Assembly: GCF_009914755.1 (NCBI RefSeq)
Contig: NC_060939.1
Strand: one strand, 5' to 3'
Origin: the human T2T-CHM13v2.0 reference genome, Homo sapiens
DNA: 64,000 nucleotides
The notes under the pieces are model-generated. The model had not been told where the DNA came from, did not search any database, and saw only the letters and a list, made by a program, of their open reading frames with translations. The position numbers and the translations under genes are program-made. Of the stretch, positions 1 to 14,565 are shown in pieces. Numbering within the stretch: position 1 is the stretch's first letter; each line of letters opens with the position of its first letter.

Positions 1-119
1 TTATTAGTAGAGATGAGGTTTCATCATCTTGGTCATGCTGGTCTTGAACTCCTGACCTATCCACCCGCCTCAGCCTCCCAAAGTGTTGGGATTACAGGCA
101 TGAGCCACTGCACCTGGCC
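1..119 (-). mobile_element. Alu (AluS-like), left arm, cut by the window edge
   Basis: gcctcccaaagtgttgggattacaggcatgagccactgcacctggcc. Confidence 0.9.
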
Positions 120-2150
120 CCTTTCTTACAATGTTTTTATTGGGTGTTGCTATCAGGGTATGCTGGCTTTATAAAATAAGTTGGACAGTATTTCTTTTTT
201 GCATATGTGGAAGAGTTTAAGATTGGTAGTTATTTCTTTCTTAAATGTTTGGTAGAATTCCTTAGTGAAGCCACCTGGGCCTGGATTTTTTTTTTTTTTT
301 TTTTTTTTAGATGGTTTTGAATTACGGAATTAGTTTCTTTAACAGACACAGGACTATTCACCTTTCCTAATTCTTTTTGTGTCAGCTATGACAAGTTATA
401 GTTTACAGTAACTTTGTCTGTTTCATCCAGATTTTCAAGATCATTGGCATAAATATATCCCATTTTTCGTTGCTGATACTGAAAATATGTGCCTTCTCTC
501 CTTTGATTATTCTTGCTTAGGGGTTGATCAATTTTAGCCTTTTCAAAGATAACTTTTGGATTTTTTACTTTTTTAAATGTTTGTTTTCTATTTCATTTAT
601 TTCTGCTTCTAACTTCTATTTGCCTACACTATTAGGTTTTAGCTTTACCCTTCTTGGTTTTAGATTCTTGTGAAAGCATAGTTTCTTGATTTTTTTTTCA
701 GCTTTTTTCCTTTTTTTCTCTCTTCTTCTAATGTATGTATTTAAGGCTATAAATTTTCATTTAAGTACTCCTCTATCCACATTTTATAATATTTTCTAGT
801 TTATTCATTTTTAATGGAAAATTTTAGACATACCAGAGGTAGAATGAATAAAGAAGTGAACTACCGTATGCTACTCTGCTTCCAACACCTATCATTGGCA
901 AAATGATGATATGCCCTATTTTTACCATTATCAGAAACGGCTTGTTTCATTTCTAAATATTTGGGGTTTTCTGGTTTTCTCTTTGATGTTACAAATAAAG
1001 ATGATTTCATGTATGACTTCATTTTTTTGATATTTGTTGGAACTTGGTTGATGGCCCAGCATATATGGTCAGTGTTTTATGTGCATTAAAAAAGAATGCA
1101 CATTTTTAGTAGTTGGGTATAGCAGCCTTTTTTGTTGAACTGATCCTTTTGTCATTATGAGATATCCTCTTTTATCTCTGGTAATACTTCTTGCCTAAAA
1201 GTACTTTTTTGATATCTGATTACTTCAGTTTTCTTCTGGTTAGCGCTTTCACAATAGGTTTTTTTCTTTTTTCCTTCCAACATTTCAGACCTCTCTTTTA
1301 AACCATATATAGTTGGGTTTGGGTTTTTTTTTTTTTTTTTTTCCCAGGGTGTCTTTGTCTTTTAATTGGAGTATTTTGTTCATTTACTTTTAGCACAATT
1401 ATTGATATAAATCTACCATTTTATTCATTTTTTATTTGCCCCATTTGCTGTGTTTTTTTTCCTTCACTTTGCTTATTCAAATATATTTAACTACTTGATT
1501 CTTATCCCTTTATTAGCTAATTAGTAATACAGCTGTTAAGTATTTTTAGTGGTTATCCTAGAGATTACAAATGTATCTTGCATCCTTAAAATCTATCCTG
1601 TATTAATGTTTTACATTTTCAGGATAATGCACATATCTACAGTATCTTAACTCAGTTTACCTCCCTTTTACCTTTTATGTAATTGTCATTACAAACTTTA
1701 TAAAATTTAAAACCTTGCAAAAATACTATTTTAAACAGTTAGCATTCATTTAGGTTTATTCACCTTTTTATGACTTTTGACATTCTTCAATACCTTATGT
1801 ATTATACTTCCATCTAGGATCATTTGCTGTTTATTGGTGCTTGCTGAACCTCAGTTTTCATTTATCTGAAAAAAATCTTTTATTTCCTTCATTTTTGAAG
1901 GATGTTTTGCTTTTCATTGAATTCTGTTATAATTTATTTTCTTTCATCAATTTAAAAGATGTAATACCATTGAGAAGAAGTTTCTACCCTTCCTATTAAG
2001 AAATAATATCTTTATTGTTTTCAGATGTTTTATTATGCTATACCTATGTATTAGGTTATGTATTTTGTTTTGGTTGTATAAAGCTTCTGGAATCTGTGAC
2101 TTGATGTCTTTGAACAGATTTAGAAATTTTCAACCAGTAGCTCTTTAAAT
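120..2150 (-). mobile_element. Old L1M fragments (antisense), approximate borders
   Basis: T-rich, with antisense L1 ORF2 motifs such as ttaaatgtttggtagaattc...gtgaagcca and taaattttcatttaagtact. Confidence 0.65.
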
Positions 2151-2620
2151 ATTGTTTGAAGCTCAGGGAGAGTTAAAGACTGGAGATAAATTTTGGAAAT
2201 CATTATCAGAGAATGAAAATTGAAACTATGAGGACAGTTAGAATTATTTTGGAAGACTATATATGTTCTATTTTAAAACTATTAGCGGTAGGGAATCACT
2301 ACATATTGAGACAGTGAGTTAAGAAAGAGCGGTCACATTAGGAGAACCCAGAAAAGGATGTCTCAGAAGCCCAGGGAGGACAGTGATGGAGTAAGGAAAG
2401 GAAATGATGGAGTAGTTAATATTTTACGACGTAAATGCCCCAATAAAATTCAAATTCATCTCTATAAAGGTAATTGATAACCGTACCACAGTTTCAGTGG
2501 GATTAAGAGGTGTGCATGACTGGAGAGGAAACAAAGATGATGTTTGCTAGCCACTTCTCTAGAAGCTTGACTACAAAAGCCTTCCTTAACAAATAGATGG
2601 AGTTAGAGGGGTGCAGGGTC
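2150..2620 (-). mobile_element. L2 fragment
   Basis: gaagctcagggagag...ggagataaattttggaaatcatt-type antisense L2 motifs. Confidence 0.45.
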
Positions 2621-3869
2621 AAGAAATGAATATGGTCATAAGATGAAGAAAGTGGAGAAATTAAAAGATTCAGGACAGAGAAAAAAATTGATAGAGAAAG
2701 GCACAACGGAGACTGTAAAGACAGGAGAATTGCATGAGAAAAGATAAAATTACTTCATTTTCCAAGGTGGAAGTGAAGTTTAGGTAGAGTTACAGATTTG
2801 CTATTGAGACAGAAAGTTAACGAAATTCGAACTTGATTAATTCGGCATTGTGGGCCCTACTATTCTTGTCCTAAAGTCTTAAAAGTGAGTAGAGAGAGAA
2901 CAAAAAAACTTCTAGATCATCTGGGAGCTTTTCTTCCAGCAACTCTCATACCATAGCAAATACAGTTTGAATTATTCAAGGTAGACACAGATTGTACAAG
3001 GCTCCGGGTAAGTCTCCCAGGCTCCCTATAGCTTTATTTTTCACTAATCATTATTACTAACGTTTATCATAGCTGGTACCTATTATGTGCTAGATACTGT
3101 TTTAAGTGCTTTACTTATATAACTCATTTTAATCCTCTCAACAAACTGGCAAACTACCTAATTTTAGTGATTAAAAATTATCTGTAGTTTATGTATGTTA
3201 TCCAAATTTATTATGAAATTTTATAAAAAATTAAAGAAAAATTAAGATATTGGTACAAGAAGGAAAAAATTGAAAGCCAGTTTTACTTTGAGCAAAATAA
3301 TTGCAACAATAAAGGCTAAAAGCAATCTGCATATTTTCGCTAGAGATTTTGGGATATTAAAAGGAACCCACCAGGAGTCATACTTGCTTATAAACTTCCA
3401 GGCATCCTGTGAGACATTTGAATCTGGAGATACTCAGTTTAACAGTTTTAAGTACAAAATGTTTTCCCACATATTGAGTGGCGGGCAGAAGAACTCATCT
3501 CAACATAGGAGAGAGTGGAAGTATGCATATCCTGAACTAAGTCACTGATTCATACAGTTGAGCAGGGAAAGAAAACACGGTGAATGTAACACAGGGATGT
3601 TATGATATACCAGTATTCCTCATCGCAGGCCCTGGGAATTTATTTGGCCTACCTTCTTTGGCTGAAAGAACTGTAAATTTAAAGGTCTTCTTTTGATTGA
3701 TGGGGAAAAAGAACTGAATTCTTCTCCCAAAATAGTAATGGCGGTTATGATGGGGTGGTTGAAGAATGTAGTCATCAGGTAGAAAGTACAAAAAGTGCTG
3801 AATAACTGCAAGAGAGAGAAGTGAACAACATTTGGCAGACAGCTCTTAGCTTTGGGATTATGACATGGC

Positions 3870-4055
3870 CTCTAGAGCTATTCTGTTTGGGTCTGAATTC
3901 CAACTTCTTTACTTACTAGCTGTGTGGCCTTGGGCAAGCTACTTAGGTTCTTTGTAGCTTAGTATCCTCATCTGTAAATTGGAATAATATCGGTATCTAC
4001 CTCCTAGAGTTGTTATGAATATTAAATAATTAATGTTATATATAAAGCACTTAGG
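3870..4055 (+). mobile_element. MIR
   Basis: MIR core: cttactagctgtgtggccttgggcaag...cctcatctgtaaa. Confidence 0.8.
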
Positions 4056-4777
4056 AAAAATGTTAAATAGAACAATAATACTCGTAAGTAATTCCTTGTA
4101 ATTGATAATTTCTTATCTCCAAGATTGATGTGACTTAGAGAAACAAGGGTTATATTATATGAATTGCATAACTAGATGTTTATACATTTGCTGGTGTTAT
4201 AATTGGTGAACTTCTCAATTTAACAGGAATTAGAATGGAATGGTTTACTCTTTTAAAGCTGCAGTAGACTGTAGCTATACATACAGTAAAGAAATATTGT
4301 AGAAGTTTCTTAATAGGAATAAAACACAGTTCCATTCAGCACACTGCTGTTAGGATAGTGTAGCAGTTTTCCATTTGTATGTGACCAAGAAGGCCTCACA
4401 GGATGAGTTTTTCCATGGTAGAGAATCTGGCCCTCAGCTTGCAGACCAGACACCTTATTTTCTTAGGATACTAGGACTAAAGTCGTCTTCAGAGATTCAA
4501 ATAATTGAGTTTAAGAAAATGATATGTGAAAATCAGAACATAAAATTTTATTTCAACCATCATGAGGACTGTAGTTACTTGCAGTAGCCTGATTAACACA
4601 TTCTCTACCTAAAATAGGTCTTTATGAGATCATCACTAAAAGCTAACTTGGTGAGTGTAAATGCTCGACAAAATAACTATGTCTTTTGAATGTTTAATTG
4701 CATTCAACTGGGGTAAGTTGATGGATCCTTTTCTACAACAGAGGAACAACCTTGCCAAAAGGACTAGACAACTGCCT

Positions 4778-5250
4778 TGATGAACTATAAAGATTAAGCT
4801 AGCAAGTTAACGTACTAGTTTTGTGAATCCTGCTGAAGACATGGCTGCTGGGTCAGACAAAGGACTTTATTATTATTCACAGTACAATAGTAGCATGAAC
4901 TTCATGTTTGTGTTGGTTTCCCTTGCTCCTCCAAATCCCATGGGAATGATGCTCAGGAATATGTTGTCCACTCGGTGGGTTTGCATCCCAGCATTGGAAC
5001 CCTGAACTTAGGGAAGTCAAGTCTTTTGTAATGACTTTTAGTGCACTTCAGTAGCCTGCCTTACTTGCTGAGGAAGGAGATACTGTCTTTGTTATACTGG
5101 ACACTAAACAAGCCTGTCTCCAAAGGGGAAACACTGTGTCTTTCAAGGGTTTCACTGTACAGACGTCCTTGAAAAGATAGTCTAAAACAAAAGGCCGATA
5201 GTGCATATGTTCACTAGATCTGCAGAGATGGGACCCATAAGGAATTGTCA
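4778..5250. mobile_element. Probable solo LTR (ERVL-class), family uncertain
   Basis: ~470 bp of higher-GC sequence starting TG, with LTR-like text; family not securely recognised. Confidence 0.35.
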
Positions 5251-5352
5251 ACTACGCTAGTTTATGTTCCCTTAGTAATGCTTAAATAGGCATTGCCAGT
5301 ATTTGTCTTTGACTCGTTTTTTAATGCTTTGAAGAGCTAGTAAATCTTTTGA

Positions 5353-5622
5353 GGTCAGGCATGGTTGCTCACACTTGCAGTCCCAGCACTATGGGAGGTC
5401 GAGGTAGAAGGATCACTTGAGACTAGGCATTTGAGACCACCTGGGCAACATAGCAAGATTCCATCTCATATATCATGGTGGTACGCGCCTGTAGTCTCAG
5501 CTACTCAGGAGTCTAAAGCCTGAGAATTGCTTGAGCCAGGGAGGTCCAGGCCACAGTGAGCCACGTACGCCATTGCACCCAACCTGGGTGATAGAGTGAG
5601 ACCTTGTCTCAAAAAAAAAAAA
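5353..5622 (+). mobile_element. AluJ-like with deleted central linker
   Basis: Both arms recognisable, A12 tail, degenerate TSD aaatcttttga / aaatcctctgg. Confidence 0.9.
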
Positions 5623-5699
5623 TCCTCTGGATGGATAGATACATTGTTTCAAAGTCTTATAGGCCTGGAAGCCATTATAGTTCTTTAACTCAGTTTCTC

Positions 5700-7070
5700 T
5701 TACTTTCACGGGTTCATTTCCCTGTAGACAAATATGACAGCATATTTCAAAGATTTATGACATGTTTAATACATAAAAAAGAATGTATTCACTGAATACT
5801 TGAGAAACCACGAAACAACTTAAAAAAGGAACACCCCCAATCTATACCTTTGCCTTCATCCTAGAGGTAACTATTACCTGGAATTGTATTTGTCTAACAT
5901 TCTCATGCTTTCCTTGATAGTTCTAAAACTTGTTTCTTTTTATTCTCCCAATTGGATATTTCAGTTGTTTTCAGGTTTTTATTGTTACAGGCATACTGCT
6001 AGTACAAACTTTCTTGTCCGCAGCTATTCATGTGCATGAGTTTCTTTGGAGTGTTCAGGAGTGGACTTTTTACATTGATGTGCTACAGAAGGTTCTGGGA
6101 CAAATTGGACTTTAGGATTGATGTGTACCACCTACAGGGGATATGTATTGAGTATTTGAAAGACTTCGGAAATAACTGTGATTGTTCCTTTACAAATGGA
6201 TTTTAACTGCATGCTTTCATATGGCCTTGTTACTAGGTAATCAAATGTTCTGTGTTACTTCCCTGTATATTCTGGATTCAGATCTTTCTGAGTTTTATTT
6301 GTGGCTAGTATCTCCTAGTTGGTGATTATTTTTCACTCTTTGTGGTGTTTTGGTGAGCAGACATTATAAATTTTAATGCAGTTGAATTTATCATTTCTCA
6401 TTATTTTTACAGACTCTTCCCTATCCTCATCTTAAAGATTTTCTTCCTAATCTAAAAGTTTTAAAGTTTTGTCTTTAATCCACTTTAATTTGATTTCTCT
6501 TCTATGGTAGGGACCAAATTTTATTTTTTCCACATAGGTTACTAATTGTCCCTGCACTGTTTATTGGAGCCTTTCCCCGCACTGATATGCAGTACCATAT
6601 CTGTCACATCAATTCTCTATATATGTTTGAGTCTGTTTCTGATGTCTCTAATCTAAATTAGTGTCACATTGTCATCTTTACTGTAGAAATGCTGTAGCTC
6701 TATAATAACTTAATATTTGTAGAGAAAGTGCCTAACTTTGTTTTCCCGCTTGGATCTTTTTTTTTTTTTTTTTTTCAATTTGGCTGTTTGCCCTTTTAAA
6801 ATATTTAGAATCAGCTTGTCAAATCTGATGAAGAATCCTTTTGTGGTTTATATTTGAATTGCGCTGAATGTGTGTGTTAGTTTAGGGGATAATTTATCAT
6901 CTTATTCGTGAATATGATATATACCTCTGTTTAGCTCTTCTTCTGTATCTTTACATAAAACTTTGTATTTTCTTTGTGAAAAGATAATACATACTTTATA
7001 GGATTATTTCTTTGTACCATTTTTGTTTTTCTATTATAAATGGAATCCTTTTAAAATTTTAATTGTGACC
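5700..7070 (-). mobile_element. Old L1M fragments (antisense)
   Basis: Antisense L1 ORF2/3'-end motifs (tttagaatcagcttgtcaaat, ctagaggtaactatt). Confidence 0.55.
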
Positions 7071-7706
7071 AGCTTTGAAGAAGCATCTCTTATGACTTTT
7101 TCAGCTGATAAATTTTCCTGAAGATTATAGCAAAAGTACCAAATTTTGAGGGTATTAAAAAGCAGAAATTAATTGGGGTGTATCTTATCACATCTGTTTT
7201 TAGTAAGTGTGAAAAGGTCAATATTGTCCATTTATTTGTCTTTTCACTTAGAGATTGTGTGAGAGAACTAATATTCATAGACCCTGTTGACTCAGGTAGT
7301 TTTCAAAGTGTGTATGTGTTTAAGTGGTGTGTGTGACTTTTTTCTGAGACAGTGGTGAGAAAATTGACATTTTTACTCTTTAGAATAGTTCTTAGAAATG
7401 TATATTTAATATACTAGTTGAGGTCATTGTGTTCTATCAGGAAAAAAAATTGTTCTCTCTGCTTCCTTTTGTGTAATGTTCTTCTGTTTTTCTTTTTTTC
7501 ACTTGACCAAATATCTAGCTTATTCTGTGTTTACTTCAAGTCGCATTTCCTTTCATGCCTTCCCAGACCATTTAATCCATAGTTATTTCCTCTTGTTAAT
7601 TTCTAAATTCTTACAGATTCTACTTATAAACATAGAATGGCCTCCATATTGTATCATTAAATGCAGAGACCAAGGGCACAGTACAAAGGGTCCTATTTTA
7701 AAGATC

Positions 7707-7739
7707 TGTGTGTGTGTGTGTGTGTGTGTCTGTGTGTGT
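7707..7739. repeat. (TG)n microsatellite, one interruption
   Basis: Direct observation. Confidence 0.95.
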
Positions 7740-8711
7740 AAAAATTTTTGGAGGAATGCACTAAAAAATTTTTTTTATGATAGTTAACTTTTAAAACTGG
7801 GTCTGAAAGGTCTAAGATGGAAGGAAGAGTTTTACTTCATGTGCTTTTATACTATTTGAAAATTTTGCTATCTGCATGTATTACTATTTATTTTCAGGGT
7901 TATAGTGTTTATTAAGTATGTAACAGTAGGAGTTGGCTCAAAATTATCTGGAAAAATAAGAAGTAAACAAGATTGCCAAAATGTTGATGATAAGTGAAGC
8001 TAGATAATAGAACCATGGTGATTCATAACATTATTCTCTCCTTTTATGTATATTAGAATTTTTCACCATAAAATTTTAAAAATTAAACATTGATATATTC
8101 TAGCTATAATTTAGGTCTGAAATGGGCTTTGCAATTCGAAACACTTGTAAATGTATCAGGACACTAAAGATTCCTATTTTTTTATTGCTATATAATTCAC
8201 CTACCACAAAATCATCCTTTAAAAAAGTATGTAATTTGGTGGTTTTTATTATATTCACAAGATTGTGCAGCCATCAGCAGTATCAAATTCCATATCACTT
8301 CCCAAAAAACCCACACTGATTATCAGTCATTGCCCCTCCTTCCCTATTCCCAGCCCCTGGCAACCATTATTGTGACATGTGTAACTACTTTATTTCTCTT
8401 TGTGGTTGAATAATATTCCACTCTATGGATTTACTACATTTTGTTTATCCGTTCATTAGTTGATGAATATTTGGGTTGTTTGTACTTTTTTGACTATGTA
8501 TTCATTACTTGTTAAAGTTTAAATATGTAAGAAAAGACCTATGGTTTTTGTTTGTGTTTTAGGTGGGGGGAAATGATTCTATTTTTATTCTCAAAACCGT
8601 TTTTGAAAAACTTTACTGCTAATAAATTATGAGGTTTTGGAACATACACTGTACAGTTTCATTAAAAGTAAAATTCTTGTGTCATTTAAGTAGAAATTGT
8701 TTGTATTTTAG

Positions 8712-8852
<141 letters not shown>

Positions 8853-9395
8853 TAATTAATAGTTAAATTAGTAGTAAAGTTTTCCAGTCTTTCTAATTCT
8901 CCATATAGTTGAATTGTACTAGAAAATTTTTCATTGTATAAATTTGCTGCCTATGTGCTTAAACGCTGTTAGTTAAAAACTCTGCAGACTTCTCATTTGA
9001 GTCTAAAAGATTGCCAGAGCTGCATTTATTAGATAGGACCAAAAGGAATTATATATTGTTAATTAAATAAACTGTATCTGTCACCCCACCTTTAGCTCAG
9101 ACCTAGAATTTTCTTAGCCCTAATTCCATGTATCTAGGAAATAGAAGTTTGCCCCAAACTGAGTCAGATGCTTACTTGTAGTAGACTAGTCACTGTGTCC
9201 AGGGACTGGAGCTAAAGATACAAATTTGTCTACTTAGAAGCCTGCATTTATGGATGATGTAAGGGGTCAAAAGACTTAATTTTGTTCTTTGGCCTCAAAG
9301 AACCAACCTTCCCAGAAGGGTTGTGGAAGTAGGGGTATTTTACGTCATTGTTCAGAGACTTTTTGTGTACCCAAGCTATACACATGTGTGTCTTT

Positions 9396-9940
9396 GTATT
9401 AATTTGTTAGGACTCCCACAACAAAATATTACAGACTGGGTAGCTTCAACAACAGAAATTTATTTTCTCACAATTCTTAGAAGTTCAATATCAAGGTTGT
9501 TGGTAGGTTTGGTTTCTTCTGAGGCCTTTCTTCTTGGCTTGCAGGTAGCTGCCCTCACATGGTCTTTCCTCACTTTGCCCTCACATGCTCTTTCCTCTGC
9601 CCGTACTTCCCTGGTGTCTTTCTCTGTGTGTCCAAATTTCCTCATAAAGAAAACAGTCAGATTGGATTAAAGTCTCTCTTAAGGGCCACATTTTAACTTA
9701 GTCACCTCTTAAAAGGCTCTATATCCAAATACAGTCGCATTACTGGAGGTTAGGGCTTCAGCATATGAATTTGAAGAGGACATAAGTCAGACCATAACAT
9801 TTTGTCCTTTGTTCCCAAAATCATGCCCTTCTCACTTGCAAAATACATTCATCCTTATCCTAACAGCCCCAAAGACATAACCCACTCCAGCATCAACTCT
9901 TAAGTCCCAAATCTCATCTAAATAACGTCTTTCAATCAAG
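9396..9940 (-). mobile_element. MLT1 (MaLR) LTR plus adjoining internal fragment
   Basis: aacaacagaaatttattttctcacaattct...tttcttctgaggcct...gcatatgaattt...cataaca (LTR ends ~9799). Confidence 0.75.
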
Positions 9941-9959
9941 TGTGGGTAAGTGGCTCATG

Positions 9960-10275
9960 CAATAGTAGAGGTACAGATCCAAAACAGGGTAGGCTGTCTG
10001 GAGACCCAAGAAATAGTTGTAGTCTGAGTCCAAAGGCACCCTGCTGGCAGAATTTCTTCTTGCTCACGGGGAGCTCAGTCTTAGTTCTAGTAAAGCCTTC
10101 AACTAATTTTATGAGGTCCGCCTATATCACAGAAGGTACTGTGCTTTCCTCATAGTCCACCAACTGAAATGTTGATCTCATCCCAAAAACATATCATAGA
10201 AATGTCCAGAATAATATTTCAACAAATATCTGGACACTGGCCCCACCAAGGTGACACGTAAAATTAACCATCATA
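9960..10275 (-). mobile_element. MLT2-type ERVL LTR fragment
   Basis: gccttcaactaattttatgaggtccgcc...ggtgacacgtaaaattaaccatca terminus. Confidence 0.7.
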
Positions 10276-10310
10276 GCCCTCATTGCAGTTTTTATCTGTT
10301 TCTTTTTTAG

Positions 10311-10961
<651 letters not shown>

Positions 10962-11050
10962 AATGGTCCAGTGCCAAAATGAGCTTAAAATCTTTGTTTC
11001 CAGGAATTAGCTAACTTGGATTTGTGGAAGCTTTTGGCAAGCAATATGGA

Positions 11051-11059
11051 ATCTTGCCT
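11051..11059 (+). promoter_or_regulatory. miR-31-5p site (ATCTTGCCT)
   Basis: Complement of miR-31 nt 1-9, ~90 nt after the stop codon. Confidence 0.55.
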
Positions 11060-11485
11060 GGTATCATTGAGCCCACACATGGAGGAAGCAGAACTCATCA
11101 GTTCTTGGCGTTTCACGCCATGCCTAACTTTTCCCTTGAGTGCATGGCATGTTTTGTTACAGGTTGTAGAGTATTTGCAGAAGGAAACCATTTCTGGTTA
11201 TTTGGCTATAAAAAGTCAGCATAAAATATGATCCAACTAAAAGGGATTAATTTTTGGCATTTTTGTATATTTATGCATTAGGTGATGGGACTTTTAAAGG
11301 TTTGAATTTATTAGGACACGAACTAAAAATAAAAGTGCACTAGGGGACAGTTGATTTCAATCTAAGAAAAGTTAACACTTGGGAATTACAAGAAGTAAAA
11401 CAAGTGCAACTAAATCATTTATTAGTTGTTTTTTGAAAGCAGTTTTATGTATAAATAACAAATGTTTATATTTAACTAAATGTAA

Positions 11486-11492
11486 GGTACGA
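11486..11492 (+). promoter_or_regulatory. miR-126-3p 7mer-A1 site (GGTACGA)
   Basis: Complement of miR-126-3p nt 2-7 plus A1. SPRED1 is an established miR-126 target in endothelium. Confidence 0.85.
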
Positions 11493-11537
11493 ATTATTAC
11501 ATATTAAACTTTTCTTCCCCTTCCTAGTTCTGAAGTA

Positions 11538-11556
11538 GATATATATATATATATAT
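11538..11556. repeat. (AT)n short microsatellite in the 3'UTR
   Basis: Direct observation. Confidence 0.85.
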
Positions 11557-11564
11557 CTACTGTC

Positions 11565-11572
11565 ACATTCCA
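11565..11572 (+). promoter_or_regulatory. miR-1/206 8mer site (ACATTCCA)
   Basis: Exact 8mer; a second 7mer-m8 (ACATTCC) lies at 12401-12407. Confidence 0.65.
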
Positions 11573-12874
11573 TATATTTTGAATATTTAACTCATCTAGT
11601 TAATAATGTTTTTATTCCATGCGAATGATTTGATATTTTCATCCTTATTTCTCTTTGGCTACAATTTATATTGAGTTATATCTGTACATTCTGGTAATCT
11701 AAAATCCTTAAAAATACTCTAATAGCCTTGAGTGACCAACTTTTTTTTTAAAGCACAGATGTAATTGTCTAATGTTCTGATGGGAACGTAACACTTATTT
11801 TTATATAAAAAGAGACTGAGTAAACAAACATTATAGAAAAAAAGTGAAGTTTTTTAGTTGTTTTTTGTGGTATTCAACCAGCAAGTTGTTTTCTTTCAGA
11901 GTTTCCTCCTTCAAAAAGTTATATTGCATTTACAAATGTTTTACAAGGCAGAAAGTTTGACTGGATAGTTAGTGTAAAAGCTTCATGTTGAGATCTTCAC
12001 GTATCATTCTGCTAAACCAGAATATGTTCAGCTGTGTTACTAATTTTTCAGCTTAATCCTCAGTGCTTATTATTTACATAACAATAACTTTTTATCAGTT
12101 ACATTTTATTTTTATTTAAACTGGCCAAAAGCAAAATTATTTTATGTTAAAATGTGTGCTAAACTATCCCAGGAAAGTATTTAATCCAACATTGTAAATG
12201 AAGTATCTTGTACATATAAATTTATTTCTTTTGCAGAGCATTATATTACTGGATGTTTAATTTACAAAATAGTTGGGTAAATGTTCCAACAAACTTTAAA
12301 GTACCTTGAAGTCAAATTGTCTGTTTTTGTTTTGTTGTTGTTGTTGTTGTTTTCTTAAGTGTTACATTAAAACTCTAACCAAGGAAAGGGTTCTTTAAGA
12401 ACATTCCCTTAGAGGGATAAAGTTGAGAAGTGTGCCTTTTTTTTAATGGCTTGAAGTTTCAGAGGTGATAAAAATTAAAATCACACTACTATTTGAAGCT
12501 CATTTTCTATGCAGGTTTTTAAACGTCATTTATGTATCATTCTTTTTATATATCACACTTAAGCTTGTGTTAGCTTTTTTCTTTTGCCCCAGATCAAACT
12601 GAACAATGTATATAACACTATCTGTCTGTAAAATACTTTTTTTAAGAAAGCATTTATATTTATATGACAGCTTGAACTGACAACATTGTGTATATAGATC
12701 ATCTTGAAGTATTATTTCACATTGAAAAGAAGAAAATATATTGATAACTATAGATGTTATGAAGAAGAGGGTATTTCTAGTTTTGTACTAAAAATCAATT
12801 GGATGAACTAAATCCAAAACATGACACTGTAGGCAGCAGTTTTAAGTCTTATTTTTACTGTTTATATATTTGAA

Positions 12875-12882
12875 TGCTGCTA
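12875..12882 (+). promoter_or_regulatory. miR-15/16 family 8mer site (TGCTGCTA)
   Basis: Exact 8mer; an identical second 8mer lies at 13265-13272. Confidence 0.65.
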
Positions 12883-12934
12883 CAACAGATGATCTTCATC
12901 CCTGAAGTTTTCAGCTAAACTTGGTTTCCTAGAA

Positions 12935-12944
12935 TAGACTGTTA
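12935..12944 (+). promoter_or_regulatory. miR-132/212 site (TAGACTGTTA; 8mer core GACTGTTA)
   Basis: Perfect complement of miR-132-3p nt 1-10 (UAACAGUCUA). Confidence 0.7.
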
Positions 12945-14194
12945 ACTTTCAAAATTTTTATTGGTGAAATGGAAATACTGTTTTTCCTTGTGAATGAATT
13001 TTCATATTTGTAAGTGCTAAGTTTATAATTCAGGTTTGATCAAGGTGTGAATAACTGAAGAAAATAACTTGCTGGCTATATAGGAAAATGCTGTGGAAAT
13101 GAACTGTGTATATACTTCTGGGAGGAACAAATTTAATCATTTCTTCTGTTAAGCACTAATCAGTATAGTGCAACTCCTGGTTCTGTACTGTATTTTATAT
13201 GCAACATATATGCTTTAATATTTTAATGTTTGTGCATTAATATTTTCAATTTGTTTAACCACTTTGCTGCTAAGATTTTGCCGTCCCATTCCCATTTTTT
13301 CCTTTACAATTTTAAACAAGTTTCTTCATTAAAAACTATGGTGATGAAATGGTTTTTATTTTACCTTGGATCTTTATAGTTAACATACCCAGTTTCTTAA
13401 TCAGTCTACAAGACTAACTGATGATATAATGTTCTCTGAATCCCTATATGGAAATTTTCTTTTGAGTAAATGAGAATTCCTTTGTGAAAGCAAATGGGTA
13501 GTTTAAATCACTGATTCTTAAACATGTGTATAGGCACCTTCAGGAACATTTTCTCATTCTCTGTACAGATTCGGCACTGCCAATTGGCTTTTCCTCTAAA
13601 ACTTTTCTTTGTTTTTATCTGATATAAGCAGATGGCTCAAGACAACTGCTTGAGTAATAGTATTGAAAATGGAATCATCTAGACGGCATGACAAGCAAGA
13701 CTGGTCTGATGAACTTGTTCAGAATTGATAATTCTTAAATATTTCTCTTGGCTTCAAAAGGGACATCATTTGATTTCTGAAGAAGTATGTCGTGTGGAGC
13801 TTCAGCACCACCTACTGGATGATTTCCAGGCCAGAGACATGAGATGGCAATAGGGATCTGACAGGGTTCATCACTACTACCATTAAAGGGCTATTTATGT
13901 GGTGACCACCTCTACCAGGGAAACCAGGAATAAGAACTGTCTCAAAGGAATTGTAAAATGGTTATTTACCTAATGTGTCTTGTTGGCTTGCTGAAAGATT
14001 TTAAGCACTTTTTTCTTACATATCCTGTTTTAAAATATTTGTTGATATTTGGGACTGGCAATCAAACTTAATGGATGTACTGAGGCATTTATAGAACCAG
14101 TTGCTTTAACTCTCAAAAGCCATTACCAAAATGGTATTTTTTTCCTCCTTCCGCCAGTCAGGGAGAATTTTTAAAAATAATAATCAAAACATGA

Positions 14195-14565
<371 letters not shown>

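Noticed and set aside
3270-3811. Unique intronic stretch with a 92-aa ORF
   Set aside because: TTG start, no recognisable homology and no convincing splice-site pair.
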